A stretch of DNA of 64,000 nucleotides from Octopus sinensis (GCF_006345805.1 NC_043015.1:48670001-48734000), one strand, 5' to 3'; shown: positions 25,804 through 38,705, counted from the stretch's first letter. Numbers and translations are program-made. Notes: generated from the sequence alone by a model not told the origin.

Positions 25804-26956
25804 CACAACATAGTTTGGTTGTTATCCTTTTCATAAGGTCTGTGAGTACGAATTTTGTATACCAATATTGTTGGGAAAGAAAAAGTCAAGATTAAATGCA
25901 AGTATACATATTGAGTTTTGAAATGACTGAAATAACAAGTAATTAAAAATACGATATTTCATGTGAAACACCTAATATTATATATATATATATATATTAT
26001 ATATTATTATATAATATATATTTGTAAAAAATGAGTTTGAAAATGCTGCTATATTAGACAATTTTAATTTTTATATATACATTATTTATTTAACATGTTT
26101 CGGTTCTTGAAATGACGAACCTTATCAAAAAAAATTTATAGATAAAAAAGATAGTTCATGCTATCAAATATAAAAAATTCATATATAATATTCAATAGAG
26201 TCAGACATAAAAAATTCATATATAGTAAGCGAGTCCATGCTATATGTTTAAAGAGTATGATGTAGTAGTTCATAGTGGTGATATGCATTCAATATAAAAA
26301 AATTCATGTTCTTGAAAAAGCGAGAAATTCATTTTAGATTTTACCTTGTGTTCCAATGGGAGCAACTGTAATGACTTTTGGTTGGTGTCTGTTTGTATAG
26401 TTTTCGTGAATCTTGTGAATTGTTTGGGTTTTATATCAGTTCAGCTTAGCTGTCTCACTTGCATTTTTCACTGACGTCATATAGTTCCCAACCAATCAAA
26501 ACTCAGTCTCAAAGAAAAAAAAAATTTTTGTTAGGAAACCAACCAAGCAGAACGACAGTTTGACCACAGAAGAAATATATCATGCTTGTTTTTGACGGAT
26601 TGAAATTAGATCTGATCTATGACTGTATCCTGTTAGGTGGCTAGTCCAGCAGAACGGGACGTCATCAATGTTTTGACCAATCATCCCGTTAGGTGGCTAG
26701 TCCAGCAGAAAGAGATGTCATCAATGTTTTGACCAATCAGAATCGGGTCTGACCTATAGCTGTATTAGATCTGACCCATGACTGTATCTTGTTAGGTGGT
26801 TAGTCCAGCGGAACGAGACGTCATCAATGTTTTGACCAATCATCCCGTCATATATATATATATATCGTTTCGCTCCTTGGCCACAGTTTTTCACAGAAAC
26901 CATGTAGTTTCTGTTAAGCTGACTAGTGCTATGCTTCTACATATTTACGGAAACCA
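25804..26956 (-). repeat. inverted copy of 36364-37476 (includes mariner left end, TIR at 25956-25975); forms the palindrome spacer
   Basis: Continuous reverse-complement match, except for a ~47-bp extra block near 26740-26790. Confidence 0.9.
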
Positions 26957-27438
26957 TACACTTGTTATTTCAGTCATTTCAAAACTCAATTATGTATACC
27001 TTGCATTTAATCTTGACTTTTTCTTTCCAACATATTGGTATACAAAATTCGTACTCACAGACCTTATGAAAAGGATAACAACCAAACTATGTTGTGCTTG
27101 TGTGTATATATATTGTGTATGTATGTAGTATATATACACACAATACATATAATATGTGTGTATGTGTGTGTGTGTGTGTATGTGTATATGTATATATATA
27201 TATGTGTGTGTAATGTATATATAGATATATATATGTATATATATATATATGTATATGTATGTGTATGTACGTGTTATGTGTGTATGTGTATGTATGTATA
27301 TGTATGTATGTATGTGTATGGTGTGTGTATGTAGTGTATGTATGTATGTTGTATGTCTGTATATGTATATATATGTATAGTATATGTGTATATATATATA
27401 TATATGTATATATATGTATATGTGTTATATATATATGT

Positions 27439-27477
<39 letters not shown>

Positions 27478-28435
27478 TGTACGCTCGTGTGTTTAAGTAT
27501 ATGTAAGTATGTAGAGTTATGTGTATGTACATGTATGTATGTATATATGCATATGTGCAGATAGGTATATACGTGTATGCTTATATGTATGTTTCCGTCT
27601 GTACAAAGGGTAACTGCATGTGTATATATATCTATTATTTATTATTCATTATTTATTACATGAGTATGCGTTTGTATGCATGTATGTATTTATGTATATA
27701 AGGAGGCGCGTGAGTGTGTGTATGTGTATATCTATATATATATGTGTGTGTGAGTGTGTGTGTGTGTCTTTATGTTTGTACCCCCCCACTACTTGACAAC
27801 CGCTGTTGTGGTTGTTTAAATCCTTCCAACTTAGTGGTTCAGCTGGAGAGACCAGTAGCTTAATTCGACAAAATATTCTTCTGTTGTGGTCCTTAATGTC
27901 AGATTATTATAATGTCCACTCTGGTATAGTAGTATAGTTAGTAAGACGAGTAAGACCAAGACTATGACCATATACTGCGTACTCTCTTTCTGTCCCTTTA
28001 TTTATAATGACTAGCACATGCCACTTGTCACGTGGGAGGGGTGGACCATTATTGCTATTATCCCCACAATATCTCGCCTTTAAAGTTTTTCTTTTTTTTC
28101 CTTAGGGTGTGTCATTATATTTCTTTTAACAGCAATACTTTTTATATCACCCTACATCCCTGTTTTAAGATTTTTTTTCCTCTCTTAGTTACACATTTAA
28201 TATTTTATTTCTGCTTTGCATCCACTTCCAGGAACTCCATACATTTTCTTTTTCTTACGCTTGTGCACCTGGGTTCAATCACCTGTAGTGGCGTTGGTAC
28301 TTGAAAAGTATCGAATAACCATTCTATTAGTTTTCCCATTCTCTTGGGTTCACTCTTTTACTTGTTTCAGTCATTTGACTGCAACCATGCTGGAGCATTG
28401 CCTTTAGTCGAGCGAATCGACCCCAGGACTTATTC

Positions 28436-28790
28436 TCTTAAAGCTGCAATTACCATATCTTTGAATGGCTCACAGTGTTTCAGTATCAGTCTGGACAAAC
28501 CATCTGCATGCCCTATTTTTTTGACAGTAAATATTCCATTTTGTAGTCATAATTCAATAATGTAGTGCACCATCACTATAGCCTATTTGTTGTGTGTGTG
28601 TGTGTGTTGGTATTCCCTTTTTAGAACCGTATATTGACAGTAGTGGGCGATGATCCGTTTGTAGACAGTAACTTCTTCTATGAATAAAGCTGTGGAATTT
28701 TTTCACACCAAATATAATTGCTAATGCTTCCTTTTCTATTTGACGATAGTTCTTTGCAGCTCGTTATAACGATTGTGTTACATGAGCTAA
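28436..28790 (-). mobile_element. Ty3/Gypsy RNase H remnant (mirror copy)
   Basis: Reverse complement reads AAKNYRQIEKEALAIIFGVKKFH in one frame. Confidence 0.85.
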
Positions 28791-29954
28791 AGTTAGGTTT
28801 TTGTATATACATGTATTAATAGTATTAATTGTAGTTTTAAATTTCTTTTAATTAAAATTAGATAAACTTTGATAAACTTAGATATGTTTCGACCAAACAT
28901 TGGTCCAGGCCATGTCTAACTTAATAGCATAACTTAGTTATTGTCTTTTTCAATTGATATTCCTAGTTATTCCCGTTGATAAATATAATTATAGTATTTA
29001 TAGTATTTATTCGATACTATAATTACTACGAATTGAGTATTTTAAATAAGATTTCCGAAAGTTCGTTTAAGTTTATTTGTTAGTATTTTTGAAATTTGCT
29101 ATTTCATCTTTAAATATGAAAAATTTATTTATTAGGTCTTTATTATATGTGAATATATATTTATTTATAGAGATTATTTTAGATCTTAATCATAATAGTT
29201 ATATACATTTATATATTTTCATTGATAATTTATATATAATAGTCATTTAAAAAAAAAATATTTATGTAATTAGATATAGACTATTACCGATATTAGATTA
29301 TTGGTGGGTTTCTTACATTATAACTTAAAATTAATATTTAACATTATAATCGATTTTGATATAATCATAAATGTTAAGTTTTAAGTTTCTAGTTTGATAA
29401 AAGAGTTTATTATAAGTAAAATTATTATATTATTTATATCTTTAAAATATTGCTTAAATATTTCTGATTATTTTTAAAATATTTCAATTAACCTGAAGAT
29501 TGACTGTAACCATAACTCAAATTATTAATTGATTTTAAATTATTGTTATTCGACTGGTACAGCCATGAAACGATCGTAGTGTTTTACTCTTTATCTTTTA
29601 TTAAACATTTAATACTTTTGATATTTATTTAAAAATATATATATATATAAATAAATAAATAAATTAAATAATTAATAAAATAATATTAATATAAAAATAT
29701 ACATACATACATATATATATATTTGTATATATATATATTTAAAATTTATAAGTTAAATTATTTAAATAATATTTTAAATTTTTAACTTTTATATTTTTAA
29801 ATTAATTTTATGTATTGGCTTATGTTTTTCACTGTTTGATTTGCTTAATAGTGGTTTTATCTCTAATTTAATATAATATAATATATTTATACTATAAAAT
29901 GGATTTAATCCTAATCTAATTTTTCCCTGTAAGTTTAGATTTATTCCCTAATAT

Positions 29955-30023
<69 letters not shown>

Positions 30024-30163
30024 CACATATATATATATAAATATATATATACATATACATATATCATATACATATATATATACATATACACATATAAATA
30101 TACATATATATATATACTATACAATATACATATATATATACATATACATATATATATATACAT

Positions 30164-30196
<33 letters not shown>

Positions 30197-31494
30197 ATGG
30201 GCTTCTTTTAGTTTCCATAAACGAAATCCACTCAAAAGGTTTTGGTTGGCTTGAGACTATTGTAAAAGACATTGCTCAAGTTGCATGGATTCGAACTGGG
30301 CCCTGAACTATGCGGTTGGGAAGCAAGCTCTTTATCACACACCCACACTGCACCTATATATATATTTACATCATTTATATCCATTTATCGATTGTCTCAT
30401 TTGTGAACATCTGTTCACATTTATTTCAAATGGCTTCGTTGCTAAGCTGTAGAAGGTTTATATAACTGTATTTTAGATATCTCTCAAGTACCTCAGCAAT
30501 GATTTCCTTGATTTATATATAAATATATAGTGTAGAGGCGCAATGGCCTAGTTGTTAGGGCAGCGGACTCGCGGTAGCAGGATCGCGGTTTCAATTCCCA
30601 GACCAGGCGTTGTGAGTGTTTATTGAGCGAAAACACCTAAAAGCTCCACGAGTCTCCGGCAGGGGGTGGTGATCCCTACTGTACTCTTTCACCACACTTT
30701 CTCCCACTCTTTCTTTTGTTGGCCTGCTCGCTTAGCCAGCAGCAGGGTGGCCATTCGAAGGCTAAAACCAGCGATGTGTAACAACATTTGATTGTCAGGT
30801 CGGTCACGTGATCACGTGATATAAATATATATATGCAGGGCCAGTTGAAGGTTCCGGCAACTCGGGCGTCACCCAGGGCACCATGTGTTAGAGGGTGCCA
30901 AGCAGAGCATGACAAATACAAAGAAATTTCCATGACTGTCAGCTTGTACATGCTGATGTTCAGCTCGCCTGGGGTGCCTAAGCTGGCCCTGCATGTATGT
31001 ATATCATCATTATCATCATCATCGTTTAGCATCCGCTTTCCATGTGGCATGGGTTGGACGGTTCAACTGGGGTCTGGGAAGCCAGAAGGCTGCACCAGGC
31101 CCAGTCTGATCTGGCAATTTTTCTACGGCTGGATGCCCTTCCTAACGCCAACCACTGCATGAGTGTAGTGGGTGCTTTTTACATGCCACCGGCACAGGTG
31201 CCAGACGAGGCTGATGGTTATGTATATACATGTGTATGTGTGTATATCACCATTATCATCATTTTAACATCCTCCTTTTTAATGAATTAGTGTTTATTGA
31301 GATAATCTTTTCTACGGCCAGATGCAGTTCTTGTCATCAACCCTCACCTGTTTCCAAGCATACTATTTTCAGATGGCCAGACATGTTCTTGCAGATTGCT
31401 GAAAATGAATGACACTGCTTAGATGTCAGCAACACTCATTTACAACTAACTTGCTATGTTGAGAAAAGGAAATACACACACACACACACACATG

Positions 31495-32044
31495 TTGGGT
31501 TGTCCGGAAAGTTCGTGCCGATTTTTAAAGGAAAGAAAAAGGTCAATAAATACTTGCCATTACATTTTTAATCAACCAAATATGAACCATTTTGTTGCAC
31601 AATGCATCTCCATCTTTCCTTTAACTTGAAAATACCCTCTTCCCAGAACTGAGGTTTTCATGGCAAAGAATTCATCAAGCTATCTTTTTACATCATCCAA
31701 GGAATTGAAATGTTTACCAATAAGACTTTTCTGCAGAGACCTGAATAAATGGAAATCTGAAGGAGCAATATCTGGTGAATATGGAGGGTGGGGTAACACA
31801 TCCCAGCTGAGCTGCAGCAATTTTTGTCTGGTTCCCGAAGTATCAAGTGCCATAAATGAATTTTCTTATCTTCCATTTTAAAGGTTACAGAATAAACACA
31901 GGTTATAGGAACATAAAACTTCTTCACGAAAAAACAGCTCTAAATGGAGGTTAGTCAAATCCTCTTTTATGGACTCAATCATGTTCTAAAATAAGTCAAA
32001 AGGTAGGCTACTATAAATCGGCACGAACTTTCCGGACAACCCAA
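31495..32044 (-). mobile_element. internally deleted mariner (mirror copy)
   Basis: Reverse complement of 20617-21165. Confidence 0.85.
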
Positions 32045-32868
32045 TAGTTTTATATAGAAGAGATTATAATTCAAGTTGTTACATTGTGAAGTACATTTGT
32101 GTATTTCTCTCTCTTTCCCACAGAATACTGTCTGTCTGTCACTCTGTCTGTTTTCTTCTCTTCTCTCTCTCTCTCTATTCAAACAAACAACAGTACGCCA
32201 AGCGGAACCGTGTCTTGTCTGGGTATTTCTTTGAACAAAAGACAACCCAACAGTGACCTCTTGCCTCTGCTACAAGTGACACTGACATATCCTGCACTGT
32301 TCAAGTTTGCAACAGAAACCTGGGGGGGGGAACAAGCCAGAAAAGAGTCTCCTCTACCCACAGCTACCACTGCCCCCCACCCCAGAGTCAATAACCGGTG
32401 AAGGCATGTAGCTTGGTGGTTAGGGGTATTCGGATCATGATTATAAGATCCTAAGTTCAATTTCCAGGGGCACATCATATCCTTGAGCAAGACACTTTAT
32501 TCCACTTTATACCACTCAGCTGCTAAAAATGAGTTGTAGCTGTTATGCGTGTATGTGAATATACGTGAATGTATGTAGATGTATGCGTGTATGAATATAA
32601 CACGTACGTGTGTGTGCGTGTGAGTGCGTGGGCGTGAATGAGTGCCTGCGTTCTTCGTATAAGTAAGTAGACAGATAAACGGAATCTTTAGATCGTCCCT
32701 TGAGACCGATTGACCGGTCAAGATAAAAATAAAAATAAAGATATAAACAAAAAGCAGTAATAATAAAATTAAAATAAGAGAATAAAAATGTGTGTGTATG
32801 TGTGTGCATGTATATGCATTTTTATATATTTGTGCGAGTGGGTATACATATATGTATGTATATGTATG

Positions 32869-35615
32869 TGAAACGAACTTAGTGTGAAGTGTGTCCTCGT
32901 GCACTTTTGGGGTGCACAAAGCAATCACTCACTAGCCGTTGCTTTAATAATCCAGAATCTCTGCCCGTCAGAAACAACAAGACGCAGACGTAAAATATAC
33001 ATATAACTACTTTATTCTCTTTCTTGGTAAACAATAACAATAAGTGTGTTATCTCATGTCCTTGATTCTGGGCGCGCAAGGCTGAAAGTTAATAGATTGT
33101 AATATTTACAATATTCAGCCCAAAAACAGAAACGGATTCAAGATGGCGTCGAACAATGGAGACGATGTTGGTCTGCAACAATTTTGGTTAAAAGTCTTCG
33201 GCCAAAGGACTGCTAGAATCAGTTCGAACGGAGAGAAAATATGCCTGACCGCCGCCTTCAATCGCTGGGTCCCAAGTCCCCGATGACTGCTGCTAGTGGT
33301 CAAACGTTCTACGACCCCCTTGCCTCGCTAACTACCACAATAGGCAAGCGGGTCGTGCTTCCGGTGGTTCGCGCATGCGCGAGAGGGCCCTTCCTTTCTC
33401 TGCTTTGGTAAAGGCACCAACACGCGCGAAATACAAATGGACGGCGCGCGCGCGCACCGCTATAGTATCACTTCAAGGCTCCCCTCCAGTGCGTACGCAC
33501 GAAAGGAAACTTATTGTAGTGACTGCAAAACTCAAGGTGGACACCAGATAACCAAATAGCACACAATAATATAATGCAAAAATTTATAACATACACAAGA
33601 AATTTACTAAAGGAAAAAGAGAAAAAATACTCAATGAGCAAAAATCAAGAGTGCATGCATGAAAGTGTATACGTCACAAAGTATAGAGCCTTCCGCTGTA
33701 GAGCGGAAGAAAAGGCAGAACTCACAGTTAATGAACCTAGGCGAAATTAAATCCAACTTCTCTAAAGGTGGTTGATCCTGCGAATAGCAGTTAAATCAAT
33801 TGCTGCAGGAGAGAAATGGAATTGACAGAAGCTCGCTAGTAACACAAAAGGCAAAAGTGCAAACATGCTGGTGTGATGCGCGACACAGATAATTTTCTGT
33901 TAATTACGTGACCAACAGTGGTCTAACAGGGAAAAATAATTACGCCCATACATAGGCGCAGCGCATGTGAACATCCGACATTCTATGAGTCGGGAAAAGA
34001 ATTAGGCTAACGCACGTGTTTGCAAAAACAAGGCAAGTACACGTGCGAAGCAAAAAACGCATGAAATGCAATGGTGCTTGCCAGACCGAAAAACAGCAAA
34101 TGAATATGCCAGTGGTTAAGCGATTATATGCTTCGTTCGTATAGGAACAAAAGTATGACATGCTGGCGCGTCATAGTGGACAAACAACCCTCTCTATGTA
34201 TACGTGACCGATCTAGGGTCTATAGAAATGAGGGGTGTCCACAAAAGGCAAATTTAGCATGGAACAAACAAGCGAGAAAAGCATGTGTGACGTATGTATG
34301 TGAGAGAGAGCATTTATGTGGGTGTACGTGTGTGCGACAGAAATACATACAAGGTGAATGCGAGCAAAATATAAAAACAGCGCATAGGAAAAATGTCTCT
34401 CGGGCTATTCCAGACAAGAGTTAATTTACCAGTCTGTAATAGCCTGATGTACAATAGCAGTTCGTTCTGTAACAGAATGTTGAGATCACAAATGCAGATG
34501 CCGATTGAACACATATCGTGTAGCGGTTGTGGCTTCAATGCTGTGACAGGTTAACTGGAACAGAAGAAATCTCGTAGATAGTGCTGTGAATCCTTGGTGT
34601 GCATATGCACAAACGGCAAGTGGACCAAACTTCCGCGAGTTGCTATGTACATCTTGGTGGAGGTCGACGGTGTTGAAAGGCGACGTGGTGGTGGCGACTG
34701 TAGTGGACTTGGGACAACATCGTTCTTAGTGATGATGGCGACGAAGATAGCGACGACGTGAAGTAGAAAGACGACGATGACGATGACGAAGGTGGAGAAA
34801 AGGCATCGAATATATGATGGCGTCCGTCATCATGGCTGTAGAAGAAGAAAGAGGCTCCTTCTACAACTGTTTGTAGTGGCCGGAAACAAATCGTCGAAAG
34901 ATGATGCGTAGAGTTAAATCGTGTTCCGACTTCGCAGAAAAACTGGATTTTTTTTTTTTTGTTGATAAGTGATCTCTGGTTTTAGACCAGAATCACGTCG
35001 GGGTCACTAGTGAAACGAACTTAGTGTGAAGTGTGTCCTCGTGCACTTTTGGGGTGCACAAAGCAATCACTCACTAGCCGTTGCTTTAATAATCCAGAAT
35101 CTCTGCTCGTCAGAAACAACAAGATGCAGACGTAAAATATACATATAACTACTTTATTCTCTTTCTTGGTAAACAATAACAATAAGTGTGTTATCTCATG
35201 TCCTTGATTCTGGGCGCGCAAGGCTGAAAGTTAATAGATTGTAATATTACAATATTCAGCCCAAAAACAGAAACGGATTCAAGATGGCGTCGAACAATGG
35301 AGACGATGTTGGTCTGCAACAATTTTGGTTAAAAGTCTTCGGCCAAGGACTGCTAGAATCAGTTCGAACGGAGAGAAAATATGCCTGACCGCCGCCTTCA
35401 ATCGCTGGGTCCCAAGTCCCCGATGACTGCTGCTAGTGGTCAAACATTCTACGACCCCCTTGCCTCGCTAACTACCACAATAGGCAAGCGGGTCGTGCTT
35501 CCGGTGGTTCGCGCATGCGCGAGAGGGCCCTTCCTTTCTCTGCCTTGGTGAAGGCACCAACACGCGCGAAATACAAATGGACGGCGCGCGCGCGCACCGT
35601 TATAATATCACTACA
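32869..35615 (-). mobile_element. non-autonomous LTR retrotransposon
   Basis: Two ~605-bp LTRs (32869-33475, 35011-35615) with TG...CA ends; PBS TAGTGACCCCGACGTGAT on minus at 34992-35009; purine tract ggaggggag on minus before the 3' LTR; 4-bp TATG flanks. Confidence 0.9.
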
Positions 35616-36179
35616 TATGTATATGTGTATCTGTGTGTACGTACATGGGTATGTGTATGTATGTATGTATATGTATGTATATATATATGTATATGTATGT
35701 GTATGTATGTATATAATGTATGTATATGTGGGTATGTATGTATATGTATAGATATATGTGAATATGCGGGTCTATATATGTGTATATATATATGTAGATG
35801 TACAAGTGAGAGTCTCCCTACTTACCTAAAACCCTATTTTTCTATTTATATTTTTTTATCTTTTTATTTTATTTTTTTATTCTTTTATTTATTCTATTAT
35901 CTACTTTACCAACGATTCCTTTGACCACTCCCCTTATAATGACGGTTTTGCGCCATGCCTACCCCCCAAAAAAGTCCCCCACCACCACCCATTTAAACCT
36001 GCCTAAATGTATAAATGCCAAAACAACTCTTGTCTACTAGCTTCCTGATGATTTCTTTTGAATGAAACAGTTCTAGTCCTGTAGAAGCTCCTTCTATAAA
36101 ATAAATAAAAAAAATATATATATATATATATAGATAGATAGATAGATAGATAGATATAGATATAGATATATACATACAT

Positions 36180-36347
36180 GCTATAGCTGTTACCCTCCGG
36201 GGATGGTGCGGTTAGGTCGTAGTAGAAAGCATTCCACTTCATATTCCCAATCGCGTCCATTACTTTTTCCAGCAGCATGTGAATGTACAGTTCGTTGGAT
36301 GGCGTGGAGATGTTTTTGGTGGAATATCCGAGGTCAAATCGCTCCAT
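36180..36347 (-). pseudogene. probable Penelope-like element ORF N-terminus, truncated
   Basis: MERFDLGYSTKNISTPSNELYIHMLLEKVMDAIGNMKWNAFYY resembles the YSxKNIPxP...EK...MRWKAFF motif recalled from invertebrate GIY-YIG retroelements; it runs into microsatellite. Confidence 0.5.
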
Positions 36348-36473
36348 ATTTATGAGAGACCCGTGGTTTCCGTAAATATGTAGAAGCATAGCACTAGTCA
36401 GCTTAACAGAAACTACATGGTTTCTGTGAAAAACTGTGGCCAAGGAGCGAAACGATATATATATATATATGAC

Positions 36474-36641
36474 GGGATGATTGGTCAAAACATTGATGAC
36501 GTCTCGTTCTGCTGGACTAGCCACCTAACGGGATGATTGGTCAAAACATTGATGACGTCCCGTTCTGCTGGACTAGCCACCTAACAAGATGATTGGTCAA
36601 AACATTGATGACGTCTTGTTCCGCTGGACTAGCCACCTAAC
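36474..36641 (+). repeat. 56-bp minisatellite x3
   Basis: Unit gggatgattggtcaaaacattgatgacgtctcgttctgctggactagccacctaac. Confidence 0.9.
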
Positions 36642-37252
36642 AGGATACAGTCATAGATCAGATCTAATTTCAATCCGTCAAAAACAAGCATGACATATTT
36701 CTTCTGTGGTCAAACTGTCGTTCTGCTTGGTTGGTTTCCTAACAAAAAATTTTTTTTTTCTTTGAGACTGAGTTTTGATTGGTTGGGAACTATATGACGT
36801 CAGTGAAAAATGCAAGTGAGACAGCTAAGCTGAACTGATATAAAACCCAAACAATTCACAAGATTCACGAAAACTATACGAACAGACACCAACCAAAAGT
36901 CATTACAGTTGCTCCCATTGGAACACAAGATAAAATCTAAAATGAATTTCTCGCTTTTTCAAGAACATGAATTTTTTTATATTGAATGCATATCATCACT
37001 ATGAACTACTACATCATACTCTTTAAACATATAGCATGGACTCGCTTTACTATATATGAATTTTTTTATGTCTGACTCTATTGAATATTATATATGAATT
37101 TTTTATATTTGATAGCATGAACTATCTTTTTTATCTATAAATTTTTTTTGATAAGGTTCGTCATTTCAAGAACCGAAACATGTTAAATAAATAATGTATA
37201 TATAAAAATTAAAATTTGTCTAATATAGCAGCATTTTCAAACTTCATTTTTT

Positions 37253-37301
<49 letters not shown>

Positions 37302-37305
<4 letters not shown>

Positions 37306-38513
37306 GTTGTTTCACATGAAATATCGTATTTTTAATTACTTGTTATTTCAGTCATTTCAAAACTCAATTATGTATACCTTGCATTTAATCTTGACTTTTT
37401 CTTTCCCAACAATATTGGTATACAAAATTCGTACTCACAGACCTTATGAAAAGGATAACAACCAAACTATGTTGTGTGATTTTCTTGTATGAGTACAAAC
37501 TGGGCCACTCTGCCACAGAAGCTCTACGGAATATCGAGCGGGCCTATGTTCAGAGATGGTTCCAAAGCTCTCGTTCAGATGATAACCTTGAAAATAAACC
37601 AAGGGGTAGGCCAAAATCAGTTATTCAGCACAATGGATTAAATACTTTGGTTGGACAAAATCCGAGATCAAAAGTTCGAAAACTTTCATCAAAACTCCAA
37701 ACATTTCACGCAACTGTTTTTGGACATCTGTAAAAAGTTGGAAAAGTCAAGAAAATGGATAGGTTTGTTCCACATCAAGTGAATGAGATTAAAAAAAAAA
37801 AAACAGATGCCTCAAAGTGTGCTCCTTGTTGCTTTCTCGACCATTTTTGCATCAAATCATTATTTGTGATGAGAAATTGATACTCTTTGACACAGCAGAG
37901 CAGGACAGCGATTAGATGCAGGAGAGTCACCTAAACACTACCCAACCCACCATTGCACCCTAAAAAAATTAGTGGTCACTGTAGTGGGGGGTCTCTGAAG
38001 GGAGTTATTCATTATCCATTTTTGCAACAAGGAAAAATGGTAACAGCAACACAGTATTGCTAGGAAATTGATTGTATGCATGAGAATTTGAAAAATAAGC
38101 AACTAGTGAATAGAGATGGCGCAATTTTAGTCCACCACAATGCACGTACTCAAATTCCTCAAGCTACAGCCCAAAAGTAGCAAAGCCTGAAATTATGAGA
38201 TTTTGCAACATCCTCCCTATTCCCCTGATATCTCTCCTACTGATCATCACTTATTTAAGCATTTTGAGCTTTTCATAAGCAATAAAACATTCTTAAATAG
38301 AGAAGAGGTTATTGAAGCATTCAGACAGTTTATCACAGCAAAAGATGAATTTGTTTTTTTTTTTAAAGATGGGATAAATGACATAGAGAAACGTTGGGTA
38401 AACATCATAAATGAACGTGAATCATAATTTGATTAAATATATCAGTTCTCAAACACTTCTGAAACATTTTATTGTTATCTTTCATATATATCATTTCATG
38501 TGAAACAACCTAA
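37302..38513 (+). mobile_element. near-full-length decayed mariner (DD34D) transposon
   Basis: TA|ttaggttgtttcacatgaaat ... atttcatgtgaaacaacctaa|TA. Remnants YEYKLGHSATEA..PRGRP, FVPHQ, ICDEK, VHHNAR and HPPYSPDISPTDHHLF, disrupted by stops and frameshifts. Confidence 0.92.
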
Positions 38514-38522
38514 TATTATATA

Positions 38523-38555
<33 letters not shown>

Positions 38556-38705
38556 GTTTATATATTTATATTGATAAAAATGTAAGACAACAAAAGAAAG
38601 AAAGAGACCTCGATATTATGTAAAATTTACATTTACAGATATATATATATATATGACGATTTTTTTCCCTCTGTCTTCCCTTCTCGGGATCTTTCCTTCT
38701 CCTAT

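Larger units (their letters stand above)
20118..25940 (+). repeat. left arm of large inverted duplication
   Basis: Reverse complement of 26960-32546 throughout; starts at ataacagctacaac and ends at aataacaagt. Confidence 0.95.
26960..32546 (-). repeat. right arm of large inverted duplication
   Basis: Reverse complement of 20118-25940; ends abruptly inside a SINE at tgttat. Confidence 0.95.

Noticed and set aside
17470-28790. Gypsy RT (17470-17745) and RNase H (24111-24459 / 28436-28790) as one element
   Set aside because: Orientation or order is incompatible with RT followed by RNase H on one strand in either copy.
34314-34980. gag ORF in the LTR element interior
   Set aside because: All minus-strand frames are interrupted and I found no convincing capsid or zinc-knuckle motif.
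37446-38427. SETMAR-like domesticated gene
   Set aside because: It has intact TIRs with TA flanks, multiple stops and frameshifts, and no SET exon. It is a dead mariner.
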